Made by a program: the position numbers and the translations under genes
Notes under the pieces: generated by a model
Databases searched by the model: none
What the model saw: only the letters and a program-made list of their open reading frames with translations
What the model was told of the DNA's origin: nothing
Shown: in pieces, positions 10,601 through 20,252 of the stretch
How the letters are laid out: every line of letters begins with the position of its first letter
How positions within the stretch are numbered: the first letter of the stretch is position 1
Source of the DNA: an uncultured virus (IMG/VR IMGVR_UViG_3300010885_003339)
Taxonomy: Duplodnaviria > Heunggongvirae > Uroviricota > Caudoviricetes
Direction: 5' to 3' (one strand)
IMG/VR virus record: IMGVR_UViG_3300010885_003339
Length of the DNA stretch: 55,550 nt

Positions 10601-11538
10601 GTCCAACTGGACCAACAGGTATTCAAGGTACAACGGGCCCTCAGGGAACAACAGGTGCTACAGGTGCCGGCGGTGTTCCAATCGGTAGAAACTCATGGGG
10701 CTATCCAGACGTTGATGGTACGGTGAATCAGTTCATATTGACACCACCAGCAGGCATTGTAAGCCCAACTGATGTTTCAGTTATTGTATATGTAAACGGT
10801 CTAGTTATACCTCCAACAGGCATCTTGGTCGATTCAGTAAACTATAGCAACTCATACTCAATTATTGCCGGATATCTTGTATTCACATATCCACCTTCAG
10901 CAGGTTCATATGTTGAACTTGTCTGGTTCAGTGGAGGTCCTGCTGGTGCGACTGGTGCTGTAGGACCAACAGGCATACAAGGAACAACTGGACCTCAAGG
11001 TGTCCAAGGTGCTACAGGTTCTCTTGGTGCATCTGGTGCAACAGGACCACAAGGAACAACTGGACCTCAAGGTTCTACAGGACCTCAAGGTGCAACTGGT
11101 ATAGGCGCAACTGGCGCAACCGGTCCTCTAGGTCCTACAGGTGCTACAGGACCTCTTGCTTGGTCATACGCATATGTCACATTCAGACAAACAGGTACAA
11201 TTACTACAACTCCAATTCCTGCGGTAGTAAGATGGTATCCTATTCAAAATGTATGGATCGATATGGTCGACGCCTATTCATCAACACCAGCCGGCGGCAA
11301 TACAGGTCTCTCATTTAAGCTATATAAATATACAGCATCAAGTAATGCATATGCAGATTTACCAACAGGCACAGGTAGTAATTTGATCACCATTTCAACT
11401 GGTTCGAACAGATCAACGCCAATTACTCTTAGCGGTAATGGAATCTATACAACAGCTAACGACTACTTACAGTTCTCGATTGAATCTGGTACAGGATCAG
11501 ATGTTGGGCTAAGAGTCAGATATCATATAACAGGATAA
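7669..11538 (+). CDS. Collagen-like long fibre protein (1289 aa)
   Basis: N-terminal Ala/Asn heptad coiled-coil repeats, long Gly-X-Y runs dominated by GAT/GPT/GTT, interspersed globular modules. Confidence 0.8.
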   Translation: MAFPSPATNGQRYDDGKYIYQYNSTLKSWSKVTASNPTPLGNTTNVVFASTNAVFAAANTTANTLNTTSNTVNSVYRTANNTANTLNTAFNAVNSSFSAANSAANTANAAYNTTNSVYTLANTVNAAAINASRTANLSYGAANAATTLATNAANAASAAYTTSNLSYAAANTAAALGRDAANVAAAAFTSTNLAISSASSAGNTAVSAFAATNASFSTANTASATAAAAFGVTNASYTAANTAAAVGRDAANVASAAYTTTNLSYAAANTAAAVGRDAANTAGLAYGGANSAYSAANTSANIAVASYNTSNLAFNKANAANVLANAAYAAANTKLSLTGGTVTGDVNIIGSLFLYGNTFVADVTTLRVDDPLIYLAGNNYSADIVDIGFIANYVNANSVNVHTGLVRYHTNKEYYLFQEYPTEPLNNQVDVTANGFTLAVLNADIITSNLTLAGYNAAAKIASIEQSAGSGTASIIFSNITPSVPDSQQPWFNPVANVLYVYNSSNNINTYVAVSGATGATGPGGGATGATGIAGPSGATGPDGKGGVPSYRQVFTGAGTDTYGPLIRTANSPNNIIVSVSGSVKLPFNDYNLATVANNQYILFSGPVASGQIQVMYFDGAAAGPAGSTGPIGPTGLRGLQGIQGITGSQGPSGPSGATGPAGGPSGATGSTGPAGTPGATGPAGGPTGSTGATGLLGSTGSTGPQGTTGIMGATGPAGGPTGATGVTGPAGPSGATGPAGGPTGATGASGATGSLGPSGPLGLSGGTGPQGPSGPTGATGATGIQGTTGATGATGANGATGATGATGATGLQGTTGATGANSIVPGPTGATGIQGTTGPQGVIGASGATGPAGGPTGATGITGSTGIQGATGATGLQGTTGATGAASTIAGPTGITGPTGITGLTGPTGPTGATGAAGQSIQITGVVANQASLPSAAGVPNFAGYLTADTGNLYVSNGTTSGGSVGNGWTNLGVVRGPTGPTGIQGTTGPQGTTGATGAGGVPIGRNSWGYPDVDGTVNQFILTPPAGIVSPTDVSVIVYVNGLVIPPTGILVDSVNYSNSYSIIAGYLVFTYPPSAGSYVELVWFSGGPAGATGAVGPTGIQGTTGPQGVQGATGSLGASGATGPQGTTGPQGSTGPQGATGIGATGATGPLGPTGATGPLAWSYAYVTFRQTGTITTTPIPAVVRWYPIQNVWIDMVDAYSSTPAGGNTGLSFKLYKYTASSNAYADLPTGTGSNLITISTGSNRSTPITLSGNGIYTTANDYLQFSIESGTGSDVGLRVRYHITG
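7800..8665 (+). repeat. Ala/Asn/Thr-rich 14/28-aa repeat region (coiled-coil shaft)
   Basis: Three near-identical copies of GCCAATACAGCGGC..GGTCGTGATGC (near 8176, 8386, 8470) encoding SYxAANTAAAxGRDAAN. Confidence 0.75.
9538..10425 (+). repeat. Main collagen Gly-X-Y repeat block
   Basis: Long G-X-Y runs with periodic GPAGGPT/S interruptions; Thr very frequent in the Y position. Confidence 0.85.
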
Positions 11539-11553
11539 TCGGAGTTAATTTAA

Positions 11554-13038
11554 ATGGCTAGTAGAACGAATGTAAGCACAAATCTAGATTATGTATCATG
11601 GAGCGCCGGCGATAGTGGTATTGCCATTTTTGCTCAGGTTCATGCATCATTGCTCGCCCATGGTTGGACACAATCTTCATCAACTAACGGCACTGCCGGA
11701 AATACTTTTGATCCAACATATGCATCACCAAGCGCAATCGACTATAGACGAGTGTATCAGGCAGCATTGACTACTACAAATGCTACCACTAATCCAGCAG
11801 GTCCTTTCTACGGATCTGGTCTTACAACTAAGTATGTTATGGTCAGAATATTCAAAACTACTCCTGATGCTACCGCAGTTTATGCATGGCAGTCACAGAC
11901 CAATGTGTGGTATATTCAAATAATCCCATTCATCTCTTGGAATAGTGGAACAGATGTTGGCACCACTCAGACTGGTGCAATTCTTACTTCTACAAATGGT
12001 TTGAATGGTATTTATGATCAATCTAATCCTAATAATGTTAATGGCCCAAGCGGCGGCGGTGGAATATTTGCACAATATCCAAACACTTGGATCAGCACTA
12101 CCGTTAGTGGTTTCTTGTACATAGCAGTTTCTGCTAAGTGGATTTGCATGTGGCCCTACTTTTTGAATAGCACAGTATTCAATGGACCAAGAAATGGTGT
12201 TCTTTTGTATGGTGAAATTGCAGAAGATTTTGCTTCTTACACAGGTGTAGCTCCGGTATTTGTAACCACTATGCAAAGATTGGCTTCATGTTGTGGTGGC
12301 CCTAATGACCCAACATCATATGTGAATGGTAGCCAAAGTTATGCAGCTATGCCAATGGGCCCTCAGTTTTTGATGCCAGCTACTCCAGCCTCTACAACCG
12401 GATATACCGGAATATCTAATACTATCAGAAGTGGTTATCAGGCCATGGGGACCACAAAGGTTATGCTAGGGCATTATGGATGGTATGGATGGGAAGGTGC
12501 AAACTGGAATCTTGACGCCAGTGGTAGCTATATCTATCAATCTTATTATAATAGTCCGCAATATTTTGGTGCATGCCCAGTACCTATGATTACTGCTATC
12601 TATAATAATTCATATGGTTCAGGTAAGCACGGAATATCACAACAAAATGATCCTGTAGCCGGTGTATACAACCGACAAACTTATCGTCCTTCTAGAGCAG
12701 AAGCTCTAGGGCAAAAAGCACTAAACACTACCAACCTTAAAGGTATCGAATTGATATTTGGTGGAGGTGGTTTTGGTAGTAACTACACAGGTTATGCAGC
12801 TAACCCGTATCCTATGTATTGGGTACTTGGTAGAGCATTTGGTCTTAAATGGGTTGGTCAAGTAACAGGAGCTACAACCCTTGACACCGTTTCAATGACA
12901 GTTGATGCTAATGGTTTCTATGTTAGAACTGGAGGAACTGCTACGGATCATATTCTTATAGGATTTGCACCAATTGGTGGTCTTGTATGTGAAGCTCCGG
13001 CCACTTCTGCTGATCTATTCTTTGCGCTTCCTAAGTAA
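11554..13038 (+). CDS. Hypothetical virion-associated protein
   Basis: 494-aa Gly/Ser/Thr/Tyr-rich ORF with GGAG SD directly after the collagen fibre; no family recognised. Confidence 0.55.
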   Translation: MASRTNVSTNLDYVSWSAGDSGIAIFAQVHASLLAHGWTQSSSTNGTAGNTFDPTYASPSAIDYRRVYQAALTTTNATTNPAGPFYGSGLTTKYVMVRIFKTTPDATAVYAWQSQTNVWYIQIIPFISWNSGTDVGTTQTGAILTSTNGLNGIYDQSNPNNVNGPSGGGGIFAQYPNTWISTTVSGFLYIAVSAKWICMWPYFLNSTVFNGPRNGVLLYGEIAEDFASYTGVAPVFVTTMQRLASCCGGPNDPTSYVNGSQSYAAMPMGPQFLMPATPASTTGYTGISNTIRSGYQAMGTTKVMLGHYGWYGWEGANWNLDASGSYIYQSYYNSPQYFGACPVPMITAIYNNSYGSGKHGISQQNDPVAGVYNRQTYRPSRAEALGQKALNTTNLKGIELIFGGGGFGSNYTGYAANPYPMYWVLGRAFGLKWVGQVTGATTLDTVSMTVDANGFYVRTGGTATDHILIGFAPIGGLVCEAPATSADLFFALPK

Positions 13039-13056
13039 TAGAAAAGAAAAACTCAT

Positions 13057-13419
13057 ATGGCTGAGGCGAATAATACAATAGGTTCTGGTCGAGGAGATAG
13101 TGAATCTGGATTTACTATTTCTTCCACCAACTTCTCTTCTTCATTAGGAGCGAGTAGCACGGCTGTCGCCAATAATGAATTTATCGTTCTGGTACTAACT
13201 ACTCCTCCATCTACTAGAGGAGATAGTGAATCTGGATTTATTATCTCCAATACCAACTTCTCATCTTCATTTGGTGCAAGTAGCACGGCTGTCACCAATA
13301 ATGAATTTGTTATTTTCTTTTCAGGAAATGCTCCTATCGCTCGTGGTGATATAGTCGCAGTTGACTACGGCGGTCTTAAAGCAACTCAAACAACATCTTA
13401 CCAATTAGTTGAAGGATAA
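13057..13419 (+). CDS. Hypothetical protein with internal 42-aa duplication
   Basis: RGDSESGF..TNFSSS.GASSTAV.NNEF occurs twice. Confidence 0.55.
   Translation: MAEANNTIGSGRGDSESGFTISSTNFSSSLGASSTAVANNEFIVLVLTTPPSTRGDSESGFIISNTNFSSSFGASSTAVTNNEFVIFFSGNAPIARGDIVAVDYGGLKATQTTSYQLVEG
13090..13308 (+). repeat. Direct repeat of ~93 bp, period 126 bp
   Basis: 13090-13182 vs 13216-13308 are near-identical and in frame. Confidence 0.85.
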
Positions 13420-13422
13420 ACA

Positions 13423-13782
13423 ATGTCTACAAATTATGATGATCTAGCTCTGTTTCACGATCCACTTGATATGTGGTATTTTACTGGTGTGACCAATATG
13501 GAAGCCGCATTACAATACATGTATTCCCATGCACAGGGAAGCTTTACTCATTCTGCTATCTTTACGCCTAATGAAGATGGTGTAGGAGCAAGAGCGGATG
13601 AACAAACTGTATGGTTTATGTTTGTTGATCACGATCTTCCTACTGAATACTTCACAAAATATGAATTGACAGCGGATGGTCTGGCCACAAGAGATGCGAT
13701 GAGAGCCGAAAAAGCAGCCGCTATTCAAGCTTCGATTGATGCGTTGCAGAACTTGCCGCCGATTGCAAATACTAGTAACTGA
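13423..13782 (+). CDS. Hypothetical protein
   Basis: 119-aa ORF with AGGA SD, tightly packed between neighbours. Confidence 0.55.
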   Translation: MSTNYDDLALFHDPLDMWYFTGVTNMEAALQYMYSHAQGSFTHSAIFTPNEDGVGARADEQTVWFMFVDHDLPTEYFTKYELTADGLATRDAMRAEKAAAIQASIDALQNLPPIANTSN

Positions 13783-13809
13783 CATTCTGCTAACTGAAAG
13801 AATTATATT

Positions 13810-15486
13810 ATGAGATTTCATGTCTTGGGGTTACCTCACACGGTAACAAATAAAGAATATTCTGCATGTGCCTATACTCAGAAGATTGTCAAGTTTGGTA
13901 AGATGATGAAAGCCCGTGGGCATACAATCATCCACTACGGTCATGAAGATAGTGTGTTAGATTGTGATGAGCATGTTACAGTTCTTACGAACAATGACCT
14001 AGAAATCTCATATGGTAATCATGATTGGAGAAAGAACTTCTTCAAGTTTGCCATGGAAGATCATGCGTATCAGACGTTCTTTAAGAATGCAATCGTAGAA
14101 GTTGGCACCAGAAAACAACCAAATGATTTTATCTTGCCATTCTGGGGTCAAGGTGTAAGACCTGTTACTGATGCTCATCTCGATCTTATCTGTGTAGAAC
14201 CTGGAATTGGTTATGCAGATGGTCATTGGGCAAGATTTAGAATCTATGAGTCATATACCATGCACGCCGCTGTTAACGGTCTTGACAAAGTTAGATCATG
14301 CACACAAGACTGGTATCACTCAGTAATACCGAACTACTTTGATCTAGATGACTTCGAGTATAGCGAACAGAAGGATGATTACTTCCTGTATCTTGGCCGA
14401 GTCTATGAAGGCAAGGGTGTTCATGTCGCAGTCGAGATGACCAAGAAACTAGGCAAAAAATTGATCATTGCAGGTCAAGGTAGTCTTGCTGATATGGGTT
14501 ATACAGAACCACCTGAGCATGTAACTGAAGTTGGTTATGCAGATTTTGAACTTCGCAAGAAGCTAATGTCAAGAGCGCAAGCACTGTTTATCGGTAGCAC
14601 ATATGGCGAACCATTTGGTGGTGTTCAGATCGAAGCAATGCTCTCTGGAACACCTGTCATTTCTACTGATTGGGGTGCATTCTCTGAGTTCAATGTCAAC
14701 GGTTATACAGGCTATCGTTGCAGAACATTTGATGATTTCTTAGAGGCTGGTCGTAACATTCACCTGATCTCACCTAAGAATTGTAGAACATGGGGTGAAA
14801 ACTTTTCACTTGAAAAAGTTGGTTCTATGTATGAGAAATACTTTCAAGATGTTCTGAATGTCTATACAGGTAATGGTTGGTATGAAGAAGGTAACGGCAA
14901 TATAGATTGGCTGACCAAGAAGTTGCCAAACCATGAAGTTACCGATAAGTTTGATTATGAACTTATTGAACGAGAAGAGAAACCTTTCTTCAATAGACTA
15001 GCTTCTTGGGTAGCCGGAGAAATCAGACCTACTCAGGCGATAGATTTAGGTTGTGGACCTGGAATGTTTGTTCACTCTCTTAGAGATAATGATATCAGCG
15101 CATATGGTATTGATACAGATAATATTGTTTCAGGTAGATTGCACTTACAGCAAAAAAGTTTGTTTGAGAGAAACCTTGGTCGATATGATCTCGTCTCATG
15201 TATCGAGGTTGCTGAACATATTGAAACTGATATGAATAATCAGATAGTAGATGCGGTCTATGACTATATCGAAAACCAAGGTAAACTGATTTGGTCGGCT
15301 GCAAGACCAGGTCAAGGCGGTGTCAATCATATCAACTGCCAGACAAAAGAATATTGGTCTGACAAGTTTATCGAGCGTGGCCTAACCAGAAACTATGAAC
15401 TTGAGCAAGAACTAGAAAGTTACCTTAAAGAAGGTGTCTATATGGGATGGTTCATGAACAACTTTATGATTTTTGATAGGCAATAA
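13810..15486 (+). CDS. GT-B (GT4-like) glycosyltransferase fused to a class I SAM-dependent methyltransferase
   Basis: LYLGRVYEGKG and EPFGGVQIEAMLSGTPVI (EX7E) motifs; C-terminal IDLGCGPG, YDLVSCIEVAEHI, GQGGVNHIN. Confidence 0.85.
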   Translation: MRFHVLGLPHTVTNKEYSACAYTQKIVKFGKMMKARGHTIIHYGHEDSVLDCDEHVTVLTNNDLEISYGNHDWRKNFFKFAMEDHAYQTFFKNAIVEVGTRKQPNDFILPFWGQGVRPVTDAHLDLICVEPGIGYADGHWARFRIYESYTMHAAVNGLDKVRSCTQDWYHSVIPNYFDLDDFEYSEQKDDYFLYLGRVYEGKGVHVAVEMTKKLGKKLIIAGQGSLADMGYTEPPEHVTEVGYADFELRKKLMSRAQALFIGSTYGEPFGGVQIEAMLSGTPVISTDWGAFSEFNVNGYTGYRCRTFDDFLEAGRNIHLISPKNCRTWGENFSLEKVGSMYEKYFQDVLNVYTGNGWYEEGNGNIDWLTKKLPNHEVTDKFDYELIEREEKPFFNRLASWVAGEIRPTQAIDLGCGPGMFVHSLRDNDISAYGIDTDNIVSGRLHLQQKSLFERNLGRYDLVSCIEVAEHIETDMNNQIVDAVYDYIENQGKLIWSAARPGQGGVNHINCQTKEYWSDKFIERGLTRNYELEQELESYLKEGVYMGWFMNNFMIFDRQ

Positions 15487-15490
15487 GTTG

Positions 15491-15498
15491 TATAAATA
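15491..15498 (+). promoter_or_regulatory. T4-type late promoter TATAAATA
   Basis: Exact consensus, intergenic before ATG 15530. Confidence 0.8.
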
Positions 15499-15529
15499 TG
15501 AAAAGAAGAGTTTTAAGGATTTGTAACAA

Positions 15530-15931
15530 ATGTCAATTCTACAAGTAGCAAACGTTCATTTCGAATCAACTGGCTCAAACAGGATCGATTATGTTGCGGG
15601 CAATAGTCTGCTTCGAATCGTTGCTACTGGCGGTGTTTCTATTCCTGCTGGTACCACAGCGCAGAGACCTACAGCTAATGTCACCGGTACATTTCGCTAT
15701 AACACAGATATTGCAGACTTCGAAATCTATACTGATACTGTGACAGACTGGAAGAAAATCTCAGGTGCTCGTGGTGGTTCAACCGATAAAATCTTCTGGG
15801 AAAACGGAACCAATGTGACTGCTAACTATGCTATTTCAACTGGTTATAATGCTGGTACATTCGGTCCTATCACAATCAACAACAATGTCGCAGTAACGAT
15901 TCCAGATGGTTCGTCATGGACAGTAGCATAA
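15530..15931 (+). CDS. Small virion structural protein
   Basis: IPAGTTAQRP..FRYNTD..FE.Y and GG.TDKIFWENG..VT.NY....NAGTFGPITI....VTIP.GSSW motifs found in phage fibre genes. Confidence 0.6.
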   Translation: MSILQVANVHFESTGSNRIDYVAGNSLLRIVATGGVSIPAGTTAQRPTANVTGTFRYNTDIADFEIYTDTVTDWKKISGARGGSTDKIFWENGTNVTANYAISTGYNAGTFGPITINNNVAVTIPDGSSWTVA

Positions 15932-15959
15932 ATAATTTTAAGAATAGAGAGAGAAATTA

Positions 15960-17078
15960 ATGGCTGCTTCAATCAAACTCATTTCACCTGCTGGAGGTTC
16001 GGTCACTCTCTCTGTGCCTATGACCGTAGATAACATATCATATGATATTGGCGGTGGTGTTTCTGCTAATGGAATGAATATCACTGGCAGTGCAAGCATC
16101 ACTGGTAGTGCAAACATCTCAGGTAATTTGAATGTCAGCAGTAATCTTGTTGTTATAGGATCAGCTAATGTTGCCAATCTATCAGTAATAGGTACCTCTA
16201 ATGTTGGTAATCTTGTTGTTAGAAGCACCGCCAACATCACAACTGCTAATATTGTTACAGCTAATATTACAGCCGCAACTATTACGGTAGCCAATGTTAC
16301 TGCCGCAACTATTACTATGGCCAATGTTACTGCGGCTAGTATAGCCAACGTAAGTATTCCTAATGGTGGTTTAACTGTCGGCGGTACAAACATTACCGGT
16401 TCTGCTGGTAGCGGTTTTACTAATATGGCGGTCGCAACAACCACTGCGGCTTCAAACTCCACAGGCAGTTCGCTCGTTTGGAACAGCACAGGCTCACTGA
16501 CATGGACTGTGCCAACTGGTATTACTACAGCTAAAGTCACTGTTATCGGCGGTGGCGGTGGTGGCGGTGGTTCTGGTGGTGTCGCAGGAGGCGGCGGTGG
16601 GTCCGGCGGGTCCTCTATTAGAGTTATTACGGGTCTTACCCCCGGTGGAACTGTCGCTGTAACTGTAGGTGCCGGCGGAACCGGCGGCGCGGCCGCCAGT
16701 GGGACGGGAGGAACTGGCGGTTCTTCTTCCTTCGGTGCTTATGCTACCGCAACAGGTGGCGCCGGTGGCGTGTATGCTGCCGCCGGCGGTGCTGGAGGAA
16801 CTGGGGCCAGTGGAAATTTAAATGTTTCTGGTGGACCTGGAGGCCCTATTGTATATCTTGGTACCGCACCTGCGGTTTATATTGGTGGTTCCGGCGGGAA
16901 TACAATTCTTGGCGGCGGGGGTAGAGGCGGCGCCGCGTCTGACGCAACCTATCAGGTCGGCTTGGTGGGCGCATCAAACACCGGTGGAGGTGGAGGTGGA
17001 GCAGGATTTAATACTACTTTATCCGGAACTGTCGTTGGTTATGCCGGCGGAACGGGCGTTGTAATTATTGAATGGTAA
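15960..17078 (+). CDS. Glycine-rich fibre-like virion protein
   Basis: ANIT/ANVT pentapeptide repeats, then WTVPTGITTAKVTVIGGGGGGG..GGTGVVIIEW Gly-rich domain; CATAAATA late-promoter variant at 15927. Confidence 0.7.
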   Translation: MAASIKLISPAGGSVTLSVPMTVDNISYDIGGGVSANGMNITGSASITGSANISGNLNVSSNLVVIGSANVANLSVIGTSNVGNLVVRSTANITTANIVTANITAATITVANVTAATITMANVTAASIANVSIPNGGLTVGGTNITGSAGSGFTNMAVATTTAASNSTGSSLVWNSTGSLTWTVPTGITTAKVTVIGGGGGGGGSGGVAGGGGGSGGSSIRVITGLTPGGTVAVTVGAGGTGGAAASGTGGTGGSSSFGAYATATGGAGGVYAAAGGAGGTGASGNLNVSGGPGGPIVYLGTAPAVYIGGSGGNTILGGGGRGGAASDATYQVGLVGASNTGGGGGGAGFNTTLSGTVVGYAGGTGVVIIEW

Positions 17079-17084
17079 AGTAAA

Positions 17085-17306
17085 ATGAAAAAAGCATTAA
17101 TTTCTCCAAATGAACAAGTCTATTCTTATGATAATACGTTGCTCGGCGAGCGTGTTGCAGAAGTAAGAGATACATCTTTTGAAGTTGCAGGTCCATTGTT
17201 CTGGGTCGATTGCACTGATGATGTATTAGCAGATCAATACTATTGGTCGGGTTCAGAATGTATATCGATTCCTGTACCACCATCAGCTAACACAGCCAAT
17301 GTTTGA
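17085..17306 (+). CDS. Small partner/chaperone of the Gly-rich protein
   Basis: MKKALISPNE..RVAEV..FEVA.PLFWVDC.D, follows the Gly-rich gene. Confidence 0.55.
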   Translation: MKKALISPNEQVYSYDNTLLGERVAEVRDTSFEVAGPLFWVDCTDDVLADQYYWSGSECISIPVPPSANTANV

Positions 17307-17337
17307 TAACTCAGTAAATATCGTAAAAGGATAAGAG

Positions 17338-17904
17338 ATGACTGGTACGTTAAAGACCGCATATATTCAAAACCCATCCGCGTCTGATAGAAACATCAGT
17401 CTCTTTGCGAATAACAACGCATCCTTTGCGAACAATATCACTGTGGCTAATAACGTAACAGTCAGCGGCAATATCACTGTCAGTAACATCTCTTTTACAG
17501 GCACAATCACAGGTAACATCACCGGTGCATTATCTAACGCACTATCAGGAACAACTACTGCAAATAACTTGGTTGTTTCTGGCGCCGCATATCAGGCGAT
17601 TGACAGTCTCACAGACAACACCACAATTCAGATTGATATGAGTCTAGGTAACAACTTCAACGTTACACTAGGTGGTAACCGCACACTAGGTACTCCAACA
17701 AATCTAAATCCAGGTCAGTCTGGTATTATCTACGTCTCACAAGATGCTACAGGTTCTAGAACCCTAGCCTATGCATCATGCTGGAGATTCCCATTAGCCA
17801 CCGCACCAACGCTTTCAACTACCGCCAATACAGTCGATGCTCTAGCATACTCAGTCAGAACAACATCCAATATTACGGTTCAATTCATTCAGAATATAGG
17901 TTGA
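17338..17904 (+). CDS. Short fibre-like virion protein
   Basis: NITV repeats, then NNFNVTLGGNRTL..PTN..GQSG.I...QDATGSRTL..APTLST.AN.VD domain. Confidence 0.65.
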   Translation: MTGTLKTAYIQNPSASDRNISLFANNNASFANNITVANNVTVSGNITVSNISFTGTITGNITGALSNALSGTTTANNLVVSGAAYQAIDSLTDNTTIQIDMSLGNNFNVTLGGNRTLGTPTNLNPGQSGIIYVSQDATGSRTLAYASCWRFPLATAPTLSTTANTVDALAYSVRTTSNITVQFIQNIG

Positions 17905-17907
17905 TTT

Positions 17908-20250
17908 ATGACTCTTCCTGTTGAAATTAACCCATTATTAGCATCATCTAGCAGTTACACGATTGCTCGTAGCGTTCGTCTACGTTCATCCAATAGCGCA
18001 AATCTGACGAGAACTCCAATCACAACAAGCGGTACAGCAAATTGGACATTTAGTTGTTGGGTTAAACGCGGAACTCTAGGTGTTTTACAGTATATATTTT
18101 CTGCCGGAGTATCATCAGTTAATCAAGCATCGTTGTTCTTTGATAGTTCTGATAGATTAAATCTATATGCAATGGATACAAGCATACTTCGCACCAATCT
18201 TGTCACAACTCAAGTATTTCGTGACCCGTCTGCATGGTATCATATTGTTGCTGTCTATGATGAGACCAACGCAACAAGTTCTGAAAGAGCGAGATTATAT
18301 GTAAACGGTCAAAGGATAACAGCACTTTCTACAGCAACATATTCGGCCGGCGGCGCCGGCACTTATATAAATTCAGCTAATATACATATGATAGGTAGAT
18401 ATATAGTCACCGCAACAAATTATTTTGATGGTTATCTAGCTGAAATCAATTCTATTAGTGGTACAGCACTAACACCATCTAGCTTTGGCTACACAGACAC
18501 CAATGGTATCTGGCAATCTAAATCCTATACAGGCATATATGGAACGAATGGGTTTTACCTGAATTTCTCAGATAACTCGGCGGCAACAGAGGCCGCTCTC
18601 GGTAAAGACAGTTCAGGTAATAGTAACAACTGGACACTGGCAAACATCTCAGTGACAGCCGGTATTACATATGATAGTATGCTCGATAGCCCAACTGTAA
18701 ACTATGCAACATGGAATCCAATTAATCATGATGCTGGAACAGGAACACCAGTAGTAGCCAGAAGCTTGACTGATGGAAATTTAGGTCTTGCATATGATGC
18801 TACCAGCTGGTCTGGATATCGATCAACCTTTGGTATGAGAAGCGGTAAATGGTATATGGAAGTTAACTGCTCGGCAGGCGGAGGAGGTTTCAATACAGCT
18901 TTACAAATTATAGATGCCTCACAGGCTACAGGATCCGCTCTCATTGTTGGAATTTCTCCAACTGCTGGTTCAAATATATTAGCTATCGCCTTAGATGTTG
19001 ATAATTCAACCTTTAGCACATATAGGAATAATACACTCATATCAAGTGGCACTATCGTACCCTCTTCGTCATATCCAGAATATATGTTTAGATTGACTAA
19101 TGGTAATGGTGTGAATACTTTCGCAAACTTTGGCCAGCGGCCGTTTACATATACACCACCAGCAGGATATAATGCGGTGAACAGTAGTAATCTATCTACA
19201 CCAACCATTAACAATGGTGCAAGTCATATGGCGGCAAGCACATATACGGGAAATGGCACAACTCAGTCTATTGTAAACAACGGCAACAATGCAAGCTCGA
19301 CCTCGATTAGACCTGACTTCGTTTGGATTAAAAATAGATCATCAGCTTTACACCATTATCTTAATGACTCTGTGCGTGGTGTGTATAAAACATTGTATTC
19401 GAGCTTAACATCTGCTGAATATGATGGAACATCATTTAATGATGGTGTTAGTGCATTTAACAACAATGGATTTACATTATTAAATGGTACAAATGTTGCT
19501 AATTATAACGCATCAGCAAACAACTATGTCGGTTGGCAATGGGTAGCAGGTCAAGGTGTAACATCGAACAATACATCAGGTACAGTTACCAGTACCGTCA
19601 GCGTAAACCAGTCTGCTGGGTTTAGTATTGCTACTTTCACTTCTGCAACTGGTGGCGCCAGTTCACCTAGTTCGTTTGGTCACGGATTAGGAGTCGCACC
19701 GGCTCTCGTTATTGTAAGAAGCAGAACTAATATTATGGACTGGTATGTTTATCATCAATCACTAGGTAATACAAAAGTTTCTTACCTGAATCAAACAGCG
19801 GCGCCCGCAACAAGCTCAACATCTTGGAACAATACTAGCCCAACATCAAGCATTGTAACTTTAGGTACTACTTTTTATGATATAGGAACAGTGGTTGCGT
19901 ATTGTTGGTCAGAAGTGGCCGGATATTCTAAGTTTGGTAGTTATACAGGCAACGGCGCCGCTGATGGTACTTTCGTCTATTGTGGGTTCAGACCGAGGTT
20001 TATCATGTTTAAGATTACAAGTGCCGTTGGTAACTGGTTTATACGAGACACATCTAGAGATACTTATAACGCCGCTACTCAATCATTATATCCAAGTTTG
20101 ACTGATACAGAATTTACCGGCGGCGCTCTTGATATTTTGTCAAATGGATTTAAACCAAGGGCATCTACCAGTGGACTCAATGGTTCCGGTGAAACAATCA
20201 TATATGCAGCATTTGCTGAAAACCCATTCAAAATTTCAAGGGCAAGATAA
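17908..20250 (+). CDS. LamG/ConA-like plus SPRY-like multi-domain tail protein
   Basis: WTFSCWVKRG, FRDPSAWYHIV (LamG-like); SGKWYME (SPRY-like); PDFVWIKNR, HGLGVAP, GYSKFGSYTGNG, GFRPRFIM. Confidence 0.75.
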   Translation: MTLPVEINPLLASSSSYTIARSVRLRSSNSANLTRTPITTSGTANWTFSCWVKRGTLGVLQYIFSAGVSSVNQASLFFDSSDRLNLYAMDTSILRTNLVTTQVFRDPSAWYHIVAVYDETNATSSERARLYVNGQRITALSTATYSAGGAGTYINSANIHMIGRYIVTATNYFDGYLAEINSISGTALTPSSFGYTDTNGIWQSKSYTGIYGTNGFYLNFSDNSAATEAALGKDSSGNSNNWTLANISVTAGITYDSMLDSPTVNYATWNPINHDAGTGTPVVARSLTDGNLGLAYDATSWSGYRSTFGMRSGKWYMEVNCSAGGGGFNTALQIIDASQATGSALIVGISPTAGSNILAIALDVDNSTFSTYRNNTLISSGTIVPSSSYPEYMFRLTNGNGVNTFANFGQRPFTYTPPAGYNAVNSSNLSTPTINNGASHMAASTYTGNGTTQSIVNNGNNASSTSIRPDFVWIKNRSSALHHYLNDSVRGVYKTLYSSLTSAEYDGTSFNDGVSAFNNNGFTLLNGTNVANYNASANNYVGWQWVAGQGVTSNNTSGTVTSTVSVNQSAGFSIATFTSATGGASSPSSFGHGLGVAPALVIVRSRTNIMDWYVYHQSLGNTKVSYLNQTAAPATSSTSWNNTSPTSSIVTLGTTFYDIGTVVAYCWSEVAGYSKFGSYTGNGAADGTFVYCGFRPRFIMFKITSAVGNWFIRDTSRDTYNAATQSLYPSLTDTEFTGGALDILSNGFKPRASTSGLNGSGETIIYAAFAENPFKISRAR

Positions 20251-20252
20251 CA

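Noticed and set aside
13090..13308. Repeat pair as a diversity-generating retroelement TR/VR
   Set aside because: Mismatches include C/T changes and run in both directions rather than being adenine-specific; both copies are in one ORF; no reverse transcriptase is in the window
15938..16540. Minus-strand ORFs in the track (also 18726-19214, 47339-47851, 50429-50896 and others)
   Set aside because: All are shadows of well-supported + strand genes, lack recognisable motifs, and arise from codon bias or low complexity
17902..17910. Stop-codon readthrough fusing ORFs 17338 and 17908 (TGA TTT ATG in frame); similar in-frame junctions at 6576, 7334 and 13419
   Set aside because: Short in-frame spacers are expected by chance, the downstream genes have their own ATG, and core genes are intact in the standard code, so there is no sign of recoding
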